Of a stretch of 64,000 nucleotides of DNA, positions 9,690 through 19,981 are shown piece after piece (the stretch's first letter is position 1; each line of letters starts with the position of its first letter). The stretch is from an uncultured Thermoleophilia bacterium (GTDB taxonomy: Bacteria; Actinomycetota; Thermoleophilia; UBA2241), in NCBI GenBank assembly GCA_963814545.1, contig CAWFDC010000014.1, forward strand, positions 201,387-265,386, given 5' to 3'. A program made the position numbers and the translations under genes. The notes beneath the pieces were generated by a model. That model searched no databases. It was not told the origin of the DNA and saw only the letters and a list, made by a program, of their open reading frames with translations.

Positions 9690-11673
9690 TCAAGGCGTGA
9701 ATGAGGCAGGCGTCGGCTCGACCGGGCCGACGCCTCCCCGCGTCCGGCAGGATCGGCTGCTCAGCGGAGGGCCTGCGCGGCTCGCGCCGTGCGCAGCCTG
9801 TCGGCAAGGTCGCAGGCCTCGGCGTACGGCGCCGGCGCCGCTTCGTATCTCGGCGTCGAGGATCAGACAGCGGTCGCTCGCGCGGTCGTACGCGGGCCAC
9901 GAGGGCAAAGCCGCGTCGCTCTCCTCGCCGGCTCCCGACGCGGCGTTCGGGTCGCCGTCGCGGGCGAACGCGACCCAGTAGCGCATCATCGCCTGCGAGA
10001 GCTCGCCGTCTACGCCGCTGTTCACGTCGAGCGCGAGGACCGGGTTGCCGAACACGTAGGGGTATCTCGAGACCGTGGAAGGCGCCGAGGTCGCCGACGG
10101 CCGGAGGCACGCGGGCGAAGTGGTAGAGGTAGGCTGCGCCGCCCGCCTCCGAGACCGCGGCGGCGGCAAAGCGCGCCGGGGCGACGAAGCCCATGACGGT
10201 GACCGCCTTGCTCAGCGCCGCCTTGCGCGAGCCGTGCTCGTCGTCGGGGAAGAGCTCGAGCACGGCGTCGTCGTCGGGCTCGTAGAGGCGGCGCACGTAC
10301 CTGGTCAGTTGCGCCGCCGTCGCGCCCCTCATCCCCAGCAGGAAGAGGTTGGCCTCGTCGGCGTTGGCGCCGACGAGCAGGTCGACGTCGTGCAGCTCGC
10401 CGGCGGCGAACAGCGCCGCCGGGTCGCCGGGCAGCACGACGCCGTCGACGACCGGGACGAAGCCGAGGCCGCCGGGCCCGCGCGGCACGGTGCGCTCGGC
10501 GGCGCGCAGGAGGCGCCCGACGGGGGCGGCGCGCAGCGCCGCGAGCTCGTCGGGCGCCTCGTCGCCGCCGAGCTGCCGCGAGAGCTCGCGCCCCGTCTCC
10601 TCCGCCTCGGCGAGCGACCGCACGGCGTCCATGCCGGCGCCGCTCGAGTCGAACGGGCCGCTCTGCACGATCGCCCGCGCGAAGAGGCCCTCGGCCGGCG
10701 GGCTCACCATCAGGTCGCAGATGCTCATCCCGCCGGCCGACTCGCCGAACACGGTCACGTTCGAGGGGTCGCCGCCGAACGCGGCGACGTTGTCGCGCAC
10801 CCACTCGAGCGCGGCGATCTGGTCGAGGAGTCCGTAGTTGCCCGAGGCGCCAGAGGGATCCTCTTTCGAGAGCTCTGGGTGGGCGAGGAAGCCGAGCGGC
10901 CCGAGCCGGTAGTTGATGGTGACCACGACGGCGCCGAGCCGAGCCAGGTTCCCCCCCGAGTAGACGTCGAGCGAGCCGCTGCCGGTGGAGAAGCCGCCAC
11001 CGTGGATCCAGACCATGACGGGGAGCCGTGGGGCCCCGTCGGCGGCCTGCCCCGCGGCGCCGTCGTCCCCCTGCCCCGTGCTGCCGGCCCCGGTCCCCTC
11101 CGCGACGTCGTCCAAGCCGCCTGCGGCGGCGCTGCGGGGCGTCCACACGTTCAGGTAGAGACAGTCCTCGTCGGTCCCGTCGAGCGCGAAGAGACTGAGG
11201 CCGTCGCCTTGCGGCTGCGGGCACGACGGCCCGTAGCGCACGCACGCGCGGACACCATCCCACGATGCCGGCGCCTGCGGCGGACGCCAGCGCAGCTCGC
11301 CGACCGGTGGCGCCGCGTACGGGATCCCAAGGTAGGCGCGGACGCTGTCGACCTCCGCGCCCGAGATCAGACCTCCGGCGACGCGGAGGACGCCGGGGCT
11401 CTGCGTCGCGGCAGGCTCGTCGCTTCCGCTGCAGGCGCTCACGGCAGAGCCGCCGAGGAGGATGGCCGCCCGAGGGCGGAGAGCCGTGCCGCGCCGAGGG
11501 CGGACCGTGCCGCGCCGAGGGCGGAGAGCCGTGCCGCGCCGAGGAGCATCGGCCGCGTGCGCGCGAGTCGGCGACCGCGAGGCGCGGAGGTTCGCGCGTG
11601 CGCTCTCACCGGGCAGAGGCGGAGCGCTCGGCGGGCGCGTGTCGCGAGTGCGGTCATCGCTGCTAGGGTACAC
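9690..11673 (-). CDS. type B carboxylesterase / para-nitrobenzyl-esterase-like lipoprotein, frame-disrupted near 10070-10170
   Basis: GIPYAAPPVGELRW, WIHGGGF oxyanion hole, GESAGG nucleophile elbow. A lipobox-like ...GGSAVSAC is present. The C-terminus continues in ORF 9690..10169. The true start is uncertain. Confidence 0.8.
11473..11541 (-). repeat. in-frame 24/21/24-bp tandem repeat in the esterase 5' region
   Basis: Encodes RRGTALRP-RRGTVRP-RRGTALRP immediately upstream of the signal/lipobox segment. Confidence 0.7.
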
Positions 11674-11736
11674 CGAGCGCGACGCCGCTCACCCTGCACC
11701 TGAGGGTGAGGGCAACCCACTCGACGAAGGGGCCGG

Positions 11737-13355
11737 ATGGCCGACCAAGGCGGAGTGACGATCGTCTGGCTGCGCCGCGACCTGCGGCTGCTGGACAACC
11801 CCGCGCTGACCGAGGCGAGCCGGCGCGGCGGGCCCGTCCTGCCGATGGCCTGTGGCCTCGCGACGATGCCGCGACCGCAGCGACGCCGGCGAACGGCGTT
11901 CGGCGGCAGCGCGACGGCGGCAGCCCCGAGGCGGCGCGACGGCCGCCGGACTCGACGCGGCCCGCCGAGGCGTGCCCGGCGCCGCCGCGCGCTGGTGGCT
12001 CGCGCGCTCCTTGATCGCGCTCGGCGACGACCTGCGGCGCCGCGGCTCCGCGCTCCTGGTGCGCGCCGCCGACTCGGGCACCGACGGTGCTGCGGCGGCC
12101 GTCGCCGGGCTGGCCGCCGAGGCCGGCGCGCGCCGGGTCGTCTGGGCACGCGGCATCGACCCGCCCCAGCGCGCCGAGGACGAGGCCGCCCGCCGCGCCC
12201 TCGGCGACGCAGGCGTCGAGGCGGTCGTCGTGCCCTCGGCCGCGCTGCTCGTCGCCCCGGACGCCGTCGAGACCTCGCAGGGCGGGCCCTACAAGGTGTT
12301 CACGCCCTTCTGGCGCGCCGCGAGCGGCGGGTTGAGGCCGCCGGACCCGCTGCCGGCGCCGAAGGTGCCGGCTGCCCCGGCGGCCGTCCCCGCCGGCCTC
12401 TCCCCCGCCGACCTCGAGCGCGACGCCGTGAAGGCCTGGGCCGCGGGGTTCGGCGACGAATGGCAGCCGGGCGAGGCGGGCGCTCGCGCCCGCCTCGCCC
12501 GGCTGCTCGACGACGTCCTGCCCGCGTACGCCGACGACCGCGACCGCCCCGACCTCGAGGGCAGCTCGCGGCTGTCGCCGCACCTGCACTGGGGCGAGCT
12601 CTCGCCGCGTCAGGTGTGGCACGCCGTCGCCGGCCGCCTCGCCGAAGCGGGCTTCGAGGCCGAGGCCGCCATCGGCCCGCCGTCGTGGAAGGAGGGCGGG
12701 CCGATCGCCCGGCCTCGCCCGCGGCGCCGCCGCCTTCCTCCGCCAGCTCGGCTGGCGCGAGTTCGCCCACCACCTCCTCTGGCACTTCCCCGACACCGTC
12801 GCGCAGCCCCTGCGCACCGAGTTCGCCGCCTTCCCCTGGCGCGACGACCCGAGCGGTCTCGCCGCCTGGCAGCGGGGCGTCACCGGCTACCCCTTCGTCG
12901 ACGCCGCCATGCGCTCGCTCTGGACCACCGGCTGGATGCACAACCGCGCCCGCCTCGTCGCCGGGTCGTTCCTCGTCAAGGACCTGCTGCTCCCCTGGCA
13001 GGCGGGCGCCGCCTGGTTCTGGGACACGCTGGTCGACGCCGACCTCGCGAACAACACCCTCGGCTGGCAGTGGGTCTCGGGCTGCGGCGCCGACGCCGCG
13101 CCGTACTTCCGCATCTTCAACCCGGTGACGCAGGGCCGCCGCTTCGACCCGGACGGCGCCTTCGTGCGCCGCTGGGTGCCGGAGCTGGCCGAGCTGCCGG
13201 CGCAGTGGGTCCACGAGCCGTGGGAGGCGCCGGCCGACGTGCTCGCCGCGGCCGGCGTGCGACTCGGCGAGACCTACCCGGCGCCGATCGTCGATCACGG
13301 CGAGGCCCGCTCCCGCGCGCTCGCCGCCTACGAGGTCGTCAAGCTCGCACGCTAG
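11737..13355 (+). CDS. phr: deoxyribodipyrimidine photolyase / cryptochrome family, frame-disrupted (at least 2 breaks)
   Basis: TIVWLRRDLRLLDNPAL (ORF 11737). YKVFTPFWRA ... SRLSPHLHWGELSPRQ (ORF 11852). TGWMHNRARLVAGSFLVKDL ... WQWVSGCGADAAPYFRIFNP (ORF 12909..13355). Confidence 0.85.
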
Positions 13356-13486
13356 ACGGGAGTCGCGCGGGGCCTCCGCGCCGCAGCGGCCTCAGGGCAG
13401 CGGCAGCGTTCGCCCAGCGGTGCTGCGGCTGCTCTCGCCAAGGCCGGCAGCCTCAGCCCAGGTCGACGATCCGCGGCTCCGCCAGC

Positions 13487-13960
13487 TCAGCCGAGCGTCA
13501 CGATCCGCGGCTCCGGCCGCCCGTCCCCGACCTCGACCAGCGCCAGCGTGCGTGCCTTGCCGAAGCGTGCCCTCCCCGCCGATCCCGGATTCAGGAAGAG
13601 CACGCCGTCGCGCCACTCGATCGCCGCCCGGTGGCTGTGGCCGCTGACGACGATGTCGTAGCCCTCGGCGACCGGGTCGTGGCGGCCCATCAGGCTGTGG
13701 CCGATGTGACAGACGATGAGGCGCAGGCCGGCGACCTCGACCTCCGTCTCCCAGGGCAGCGAATCGCCGAAGCTCGGCAGGTCGACGTTGCCGGCGACCG
13801 CCGTGAGCGGGGCCAACGCGCTCAGCCTCTCGAGGATGTCGAGCGTGCCGACGTCGCCGGCGTGGACGATGTGCGCGACGCCGGCGAGCAGCCTGTCGAG
13901 CGCCGGGTCGTAGTAGCCGTGTGTGTCGGAGACCACGCCGATGAGGGACCGGTGCGCCAC
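13487..13960 (-). CDS. YfcE/MJ0936-type metallophosphoesterase
   Basis: Intact 157 aa with GVVSDTHG, HAGDVG, GNVD and SGHSH motifs. Confidence 0.8.
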   Translation of the reverse strand: MAHRSLIGVVSDTHGYYDPALDRLLAGVAHIVHAGDVGTLDILERLSALAPLTAVAGNVDLPSFGDSLPWETEVEVAGLRLIVCHIGHSLMGRHDPVAEGYDIVVSGHSHRAAIEWRDGVLFLNPGSAGRARFGKARTLALVEVGDGRPEPRIVTLG

Positions 13961-14084
13961 GGCGCAATACTACCAACACCGCGCCGCATCCACGGCCCGA
14001 CCGTCCCCATGTCTGTTGCCCGAACGCCGACTCTGCCCCGCCGCCGAACGCGCCGACGGCGGCGGACGGCGACGTGCCGCTCGC

Positions 14085-14417
14085 CTACCTCTTGTAGTAC
14101 GCGATGACGTCCGAGTGGACGCCCTCCGCAGTCGCCTTCGAGAGACTCGTGCCTTGCTGGACCCATTCGGTCGCCCCCGCGGGCTTCCATGCCCACCAGC
14201 ACCAGGCCTTCTCCTCGCCGTCCGCCTCGGTGATGGCCACGTCGCAGAAGACGGGGTCGCTGCGGGCGAGGCTGCGGTAGTAGTCGGCGAACTCCGTCTT
14301 GGTGAAGCACCCGTCGATCGGGTCGTCGTAGACGAAGTCGTCGGCGCAGGCATCGAGGATCATCTCGAGGTCGTTGCTCATCCAGCCGCGCATGAACCGC
14401 TCCATGTGATCGCTCAC
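14085..14417 (-). CDS. NTF2/SnoaL-like small protein
   Basis: 110 aa, no catalytic motif recognised. Clear paralog of 59539..59886, sharing ...DDFVY(D/E)D..DG.FT+.EFA.Y... Confidence 0.45.
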   Translation of the reverse strand: MSDHMERFMRGWMSNDLEMILDACADDFVYDDPIDGCFTKTEFADYYRSLARSDPVFCDVAITEADGEEKAWCWWAWKPAGATEWVQQGTSLSKATAEGVHSDVIAYYKR

Positions 14418-14567
14418 GGGCTCCTCCTGCTCCGATGACGAGGTCGCGTGCCCAGACTACTCCGTGTCTCGCCATCGGGCCACGTTTCGGGGGTCGCCCA
14501 CGCCTGCCGCGCTGCCGTCGCCTGATAGGCTCGCCCCGAGGACGGGGGCGTACGAGGGAGGTCGACG

Positions 14568-15318
14568 ATGAAGGGACTGGCCGGCAAGCGCGTCGTGGTC
14601 ACCGGGGGCACGAGCGGCATCGGCGCCGCGACCGTCGCAGCGCCTGCGCGACGAGGGCTGCGACGTCGTCATCCTCGCGCGCCGGTCCGGCGAGGGCGTC
14701 ATCCAGTGCGACGTCGGCGACCGCGCCCAGGTCGAGGCCGCCTTCGACGCAGATCGGCGACCTCGACGTGCTCATCGCCAACGCCGGCACGAGCTACCGC
14801 AGCCCGGCGCTCGAGATCACGGAGGAGCACTGGCGCGAGGTCCTCGCGACCAACCTCGACGGCGCCTTCTGGTGCGCGCAGGCCGCGGCCCGGCGCATGC
14901 TGCAGGGCCGCGGCGGCACGATCCTCTTCACCGCCTCGACCAACGCCCTCGTCGGCTACCGCTACTACGCCGACTACAACGCCACCAAGGCGGGGCTCGT
15001 CGCGCTGACCAAGTCGCTCGCCCTCGAGTGGGCGCCGAAGGTCCGCGTCAACGCCGTCTGCCCCGGCTACGTGCTCACGCCCATGCAGGAGGCCGAGTAC
15101 ACGCAGGAGATGCTCGACCAGGTGAACGCGCGCATCCCGCATGGGGCGCCACGCGACGCCGGAGGAGCTCGCCGGCCTCTTCGCCTACCTCGCCTCCGAC
15201 GAGGCCGCCTACTTCACCGGCTCGACGATCGTCATGGACGGCGGCGAGACCGCCGGCAGCATCGTCAGCGGGCCGGCGGTCCGGGCGCACGCGAGCACGG
15301 CGCGCGGCCGACGACTGA
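14568..15318 (+). CDS. short-chain dehydrogenase/reductase (SDR), frame-disrupted (3 breaks); 3' end uncertain
   Basis: TGGTSGIGAA, NAGT, YNATKAG (YxxxK) and PGYVLTPM motifs. The pieces lie in frames of ORFs 14568, 14435 and 15141 plus a short third-frame stretch (LRDEGCDVVILARR...). Confidence 0.75.
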
Positions 15319-16700
15319 CGACGACCGCGACCACCCGGTCGCGGTCGCCCAGGCGGACGACTCACCGAGCCAGTCGGGCAGCTCGTACCGCGCCAGCACG
15401 TCGTCGACCGTCTCGCGACGCACGACGACGGCCGCGTCGGTGCCGTTGACGAGGACGACCGCCGGCCGCGTCATCGAGTTGAGGCTGGCGTTGAAGGTCT
15501 GCGCGTAGGCGCCGCAGGCGAGCGCGGCGACGACGTCGCCGCGCGCGACGGCCGGGAAGTCGTAGCTCAGCGCCAGCTCGTCGTCGGTGCAGGTCGGGCC
15601 GAAGAGCTCGGCGGGCCCGACCTTCGGCGCGTCCATGTCGTCCGCCTTCACCCAGCGATACTTGTAGCCCTCGATGCAGGCGCGCAGCAGCAGGTGCTTC
15701 TGCGCGTCGGTGATGACGAAGCGGCGGCCGAACTGCTCCTTGACCCACTGGACGCGGGCGAGCAGCACGGTGGACTCGCCGACGAGGGAGCGCCCGAGCT
15801 CGAAGATCACCAGCGGGCGCGGCAGGCCGGCGGCGTCGAAGGCCTCGCCGAGGGCGCCGAGCTGCACCGCCGCGAAGTCCTCCGGGCGGGGCGACCCTGT
15901 GCGGGCGCTCGTCGCCGGACTCGGGGTCGGACGGGTAGGCCCAGCCGCCGCCGACGTCGAGCACCTCGGGGACGAAGCCGGTCGCGTCGCGCAGGCGGGC
16001 GATGGCGCCGACGACGTCGCGCATCGCGGCGGCGTGGTAGTCGGGGCGGTTGATGAAGTAGCCGATGTGGTGGTGGTAGCCGCGCAGGAGGAGGCGGTCG
16101 GGCGCGCCGAGGGCGCGCGTCACCGCCTCCTTCGCCTCGTCCTCGGTGAACCCCCACACGGTCGTGAGCACGCGGTCGGCGATCTGCGGCCCCTCGGGAG
16201 CGACGCCGAGGCGCACTTCGTCCATCGAGAGCTTGAGGCGGATGAAGGCCGGGGCCCGCACGCCCGCCCGGCCCGCCACCTCGAAGCAGCAGCTCGAGCT
16301 CGCCCGGGTTGTCGAGCGTCACCGTGATGCCGTGCTTGACGGCGAGCTCGAGCCACTCCGCGGTCTTCGCCTGGCCGTTCATGACGAGCTTCTCGCCCGG
16401 CACCCCGGCGCGCAGCGAGGTCTCGACCTCGCCGGGGCCGAAGGCGTCGCCGCCGGCGCCCTCCTGCGCCAGGATGCGGCGCACGGCGAGGATCGGGTTG
16501 GACTTGACGGCGTAGTAGACCTCGACCGGGTCGTAGACGGCGCGCACCGCGGCCAGCGTGCGCCGGTAGCGCTCGCGGATCGAGTTCTCGGAGATCGCGA
16601 AGAGCGGCGTGCCGAACCGCTCGGCCAGCTCGACCGCCGGCACGCCCTCGACCATCAGTTGCGCTGCCATCGTCCCTCCGTCCGTCGTCGCCGTCGGCAC
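15265..16700 (-). CDS. PLP-dependent Orn/DAP/Arg-decarboxylase family (fold III) enzyme, frame-disrupted (2 breaks)
   Basis: YYAVKSNP (PLP lysine), HHHIGY, DVGGGW, ELGRSLVG, CGAYA. The pieces are ORFs 15807..16700, 15362..16279 and 15265..15867. Confidence 0.75.
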
Positions 16701-16860
16701 GACTCTAGGCCGCAGCGTCAGCGCCGAAGGCGCGCCGCGACGTCACGCGCAGCGGACAGCCGCGCCTCACGTCGTGTCACAGGCCGCGACTCACGTCAGG
16801 GCAGAGGCCGGGCCGAGCCGCTAGGATGCCCGCGAGACCCCACGACGACAGAGGACACCG

Positions 16861-17815
16861 ATGACCTCAGAGCCCACCTGGTCGGGAGTGCTGCACGCCG
16901 GCGTCCACGGCTTCCTCCGCGCGCCGCTGGTCGCGCCGGAGGCCGGCGCGCTGCGCGCCGCCGGCGCGACCCACGCCGTCTACGGCGTGCCTTTCGACAG
17001 CACGACGCTCTACCGCACCGGCTCGATGCACGGCCCCAAGGCAGTGCGCGACGCCTCCGTGCAGTTCGTGCCGTACCACTACGACTACGACGTCGACCTC
17101 GCAGAGCGCTGTGCCCTGGTCGACTGCGGCGACGCGGCGGCGATCCCCGGCAACGCCGCGCGGACGCTCGACATCGCGCAGACCGACCTCGGCGCAGATC
17201 TTGGGCGCCGGGGCGATGCCGATCCTGCTCGGCGGCGAGCACACGGTGACGATCGCCGGCACGAGGGCGCTGGCCGCGCACGCCCCCGGCCCCCTCGGCC
17301 TCGTCGTCTTCGACACCCACCTCGACACCGCGACCGACATCGGCGGCGAGGAGCTCACCTACTGCGCCCCCGTCTCGCGCACGCTCGACCTCGACGCCTT
17401 CTCGCCGTCCAACACCGTGCTCGTCGGGGTCCACGGGCCGGCGAACCCGCGCGAAGAGCGCGAGTGGGCCGAGCGTCACGGCGTGACGGTCTTCTCCGTC
17501 GCCGACATCGAGCGCCGCGGCATCACCGCGGTCACCGAAGAAGCGATGGAGATCGCCTGGCGCGGCACCGCCGGCGTCTACGTCTCGGTCGACATCGACG
17601 TGCTCGACGCGGCGTACAACCCCGGCGGCGCGCCCGAGCCCGGCGGGCTCACGAGCCGCGAGCTCTTCGCCGCCTTGCGCGTCGTCGGGGCACGCGGCTA
17701 CAGCGCCTTCGACGTCGTCGAGGTGGCGCCACAGTACGACCCGGCGGGCATCACGGCGATCACCGCCTGCCGCGTGATCCTCGATCTGCTCGCGGCGGCG
17801 GCGAGCGCCGGCTGA
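16861..17815 (+). CDS. speB: agmatinase/ureohydrolase family, frame-disrupted near 17195
   Basis: LGGEHTVT, FDTHLD and SVDIDVLD Mn-binding motifs. ORF 16861 continues in ORF 17111..17815. Divergent from the decarboxylase gene. Confidence 0.75.
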
Positions 17816-17865
17816 CGCCGGCGGGTCCGCCGCCGCGACCCGACTCTACGCGGCGCTGGGCCGAG

Positions 17866-18351
17866 TCACTCCGCGGCGCCGGCGGTGAAGATCAGCGACT
17901 CGGCCCCGTCCGAGCCGAAGAGGGTGAGCGTGGTCTCGGTCGCGTGGAACGAGGCGGCGTCCTCGAGCAGCCCCAGGTACGCCGCCTCGGCCTCCATGTC
18001 GGACTCGGGCCCGGCCATCATCGTGCTGGCGATCTGCCCCACGGAGAAGTCGTTGACCCCGCCGGTCGTGTACGACCCGCTATAGGTGTTGACCGCGCTC
18101 GTGCCGCTGATGCTGCCGTCGGCGAAGCTCGCCGTGATCGTGAAGTCGGCCGGGTCGACGCCGGTCTCGCGCCAGCGCACGAGGCTCCAGTCGGTGCCGT
18201 CGAGGGCGGCGGAATCGGCTTCGCCGCCCCCTCCGTCGCTCCCCCCGTCGGCGCCGTCATCGCCGCAACCGGCGAGCACGAGCAGGGCCGCGGCTGCGGC
18301 GATCGAGAGAGCCAGCGCCGCCAGGCGCCTCGTGGACAACGTGCGCGTCAT
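17866..18351 (-). CDS. META-domain (HslJ-like) lipoprotein
   Basis: MTRTLSTRRLAALALSIAAAAALLVLAGCGDD lipobox. Then LDGTDWSLVRW ... ISGTSAVNTYSGSY ... ASTMMAGP...EAAYLGLL, typical of META domains. Confidence 0.6.
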   Translation of the reverse strand: MTRTLSTRRLAALALSIAAAAALLVLAGCGDDGADGGSDGGGGEADSAALDGTDWSLVRWRETGVDPADFTITASFADGSISGTSAVNTYSGSYTTGGVNDFSVGQIASTMMAGPESDMEAEAAYLGLLEDAASFHATETTLTLFGSDGAESLIFTAGAAE

Positions 18352-18596
18352 CGTGCCTCCCCATTCGGTACCGGTCTGGCCGGAGCGCAGGAGCGCGCCC
18401 GACGTCCATCGCGGGACGCTACCATGTCCCCTCTGCTGATGCCCCGCACGACCCACAGGCCCCGCCGGACGACCGGGACAAAGCCCCTGGAGTACCCGCT
18501 CGCCGAATGACGCCTACAGAGGGGCGACCCGGGCCTCCTGCCCCCTGGGCGGCCCGAGCCTCCTGCCCTCTCCCGGCGGGACCGGACCCCGGCACC

Positions 18597-18968
18597 TCAC
18601 GCGGAAACGAGTCCGGCGATGGCGAGCGCGAGGGGGACGAGGGCAAGGGCGACCACCGCCAGCGGTCCACGGCCGCTCGCGCCCCGAGCCCGCGCGGCCC
18701 GCCAGCCGAAGAGCGCGAGAGCGGCGCCGATCACGGCGATCACGGCCGCGAGCGCAGCCGCCTCTGCGCCCGTGCGGGTGTACGCCCAGTCGAGCCAGAG
18801 GATGACGGCAGCAAGGAGGGCGAAGACGAGACCGGCGGCCACAGGCGCCCCGCCCGCAGCGGCGGGCGCGCCGGCCGCCCCACCGTCGGCACGCGAGCGA
18901 CGTGGATCGAGGATCTCGTGCGGGCGCGTCAGGCGCGGCCCGCGGTGGCTGGACGGCGTGAAGCCCAT
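18597..18968 (-). CDS. hypothetical small membrane protein (3 predicted TM segments)
   Basis: MGFTPSS... followed by hydrophobic stretches VAAGLVFALLAAVILWL, AALAAVIAVIGAALALFGW and LAVVALALVPLALAIAGLV. The longest ORF extends to 19022. Confidence 0.4.
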   Translation of the reverse strand: MGFTPSSHRGPRLTRPHEILDPRRSRADGGAAGAPAAAGGAPVAAGLVFALLAAVILWLDWAYTRTGAEAAALAAVIAVIGAALALFGWRAARARGASGRGPLAVVALALVPLALAIAGLVSA

Positions 18969-19130
18969 GGCGGGCTCATCGTACCGTACGCACGCGCGAG
19001 GTGGCGACGAGCGCCGGCGCACCCGGTCGGGCCACAGGGAGCTACGGGACTACCCACACCATGGAGGAGTCGGTCACGTGGCTGTGGGCGGACCGAGGCG
19101 GGGTCGGCCGGCAGAGTCGGCCGGTGAGTC

Positions 19131-19207
19131 TGGTAGCGGCGGGAGGACTCGAACCTCCGACACGCGGATTATGATTCCGCTGCTCTGACCAGCTGAGCTA
19201 CGCCGCC
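19131..19207 (-). tRNA. tRNA-Met (anticodon CAT; elongator-type or possibly tRNA-Ile2)
   Basis: Reverse complement ggcggcgtagctcagctggtcagagcagcggaatCATaatccgcgtgtcggaggttcgagtcctcccgccgctacca. The G1-C72 pair argues against an initiator. Confidence 0.85.
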
Positions 19208-19642
19208 CACGCGGAGCAGTAGGGTACCACATCCCCCAGATCGCCCTCAACGCGCCTTTGGCACCCCTTGACAGGTGCCCGCCGCTGTGTGATTTTGTGG
19301 GCGTCTGGGCCCGTCGTCATCCCTTCGCCTGGACCCTTATTGGCCATTACGTCCTAGTCTAGAGAGTCAAATTCAGCCTTCCAGCCGTCGCCGCGAGCGC
19401 AAATACACGTATAATGAGAACTGCGTCACAAGGCTCCGCCAGACTCTCCCTGAGGGTGAGCCGAGACGCCAGGACGAGATGTCCCCTGGTCGTCATGTCC
19501 CCCAGCGTGATGACCCTTGCCGGCCGGGACTGCCCCCCAGTCCCGGCCGGTCCCCCCTCCGGGGCAGATCGCGCCCGAAGTCACCCCGTCACGGCCCCTT
19601 GGACCTCCCCGCGATCACGCCTGCCGAGCGCCTCCAGGTCGG

Positions 19643-19671
19643 TTGAAAGCCACCCCCCTTTCGACTACCAT
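19643..19671 (+). promoter_or_regulatory. candidate promoter for the tRNA-Tyr/tRNA-Thr pair (TTGAAA-17-TACCAT)
   Basis: The hexamers sit 12 nt upstream of the tRNA-Tyr 5' end. The -10 fits the actinobacterial TAnnnT pattern. Confidence 0.45.
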
Positions 19672-19683
19672 TCCAAGGCTCCC

Positions 19684-19768
19684 GGGGGAGTGCCCGAGTG
19701 GCTAAAGGGGGCGGACTGTAAATCCGTTGGCGCAGCCTACCTAGGTTCGAATCCTAGCTCCCCCACCA
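19684..19768 (+). tRNA. tRNA-Tyr (anticodon GTA), long variable arm, CCA encoded
   Basis: gggggagtgcccgagtggctaaagggggcggactGTAaatccgttggcgcagcctacctaggttcgaatcctagctcccccacca. Confidence 0.9.
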
Positions 19769-19769
19769 G

Positions 19770-19845
19770 GCCCGGTTAGCTCAGTCGGCAGAGCACCTCC
19801 ATGGTAAGGAGGGGGTCCGCGGTTCGAGTCCGCGACCGGGCTCCA
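19770..19845 (+). tRNA. tRNA-Thr (anticodon GGT), CCA encoded
   Basis: gcccggttagctcagtcggcagagcacctccatGGTaaggagggggtccgcggttcgagtccgcgaccgggctcca, 1 nt after tRNA-Tyr. Confidence 0.9.
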
Positions 19846-19981
19846 ACTCTCCCACTGCTCTACTCTGCACCTCTCTGCCCCTCGCCGCTGTGCCCCGCTC
19901 CTCTCCGCTCATCGCAATCGGCCTCGGCGCGGTGACGCACCGCCGCGTGCCGCGCCGTCGACGCAGAAGCGCTAGGAGGAG

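Noticed and set aside
19414-19779. 121-aa plus-strand ORF in the tRNA spacer
   Set aside because: It reads straight through tRNA-Tyr and into tRNA-Thr, and its product is Pro/Ser/Arg-rich. It is not a gene.
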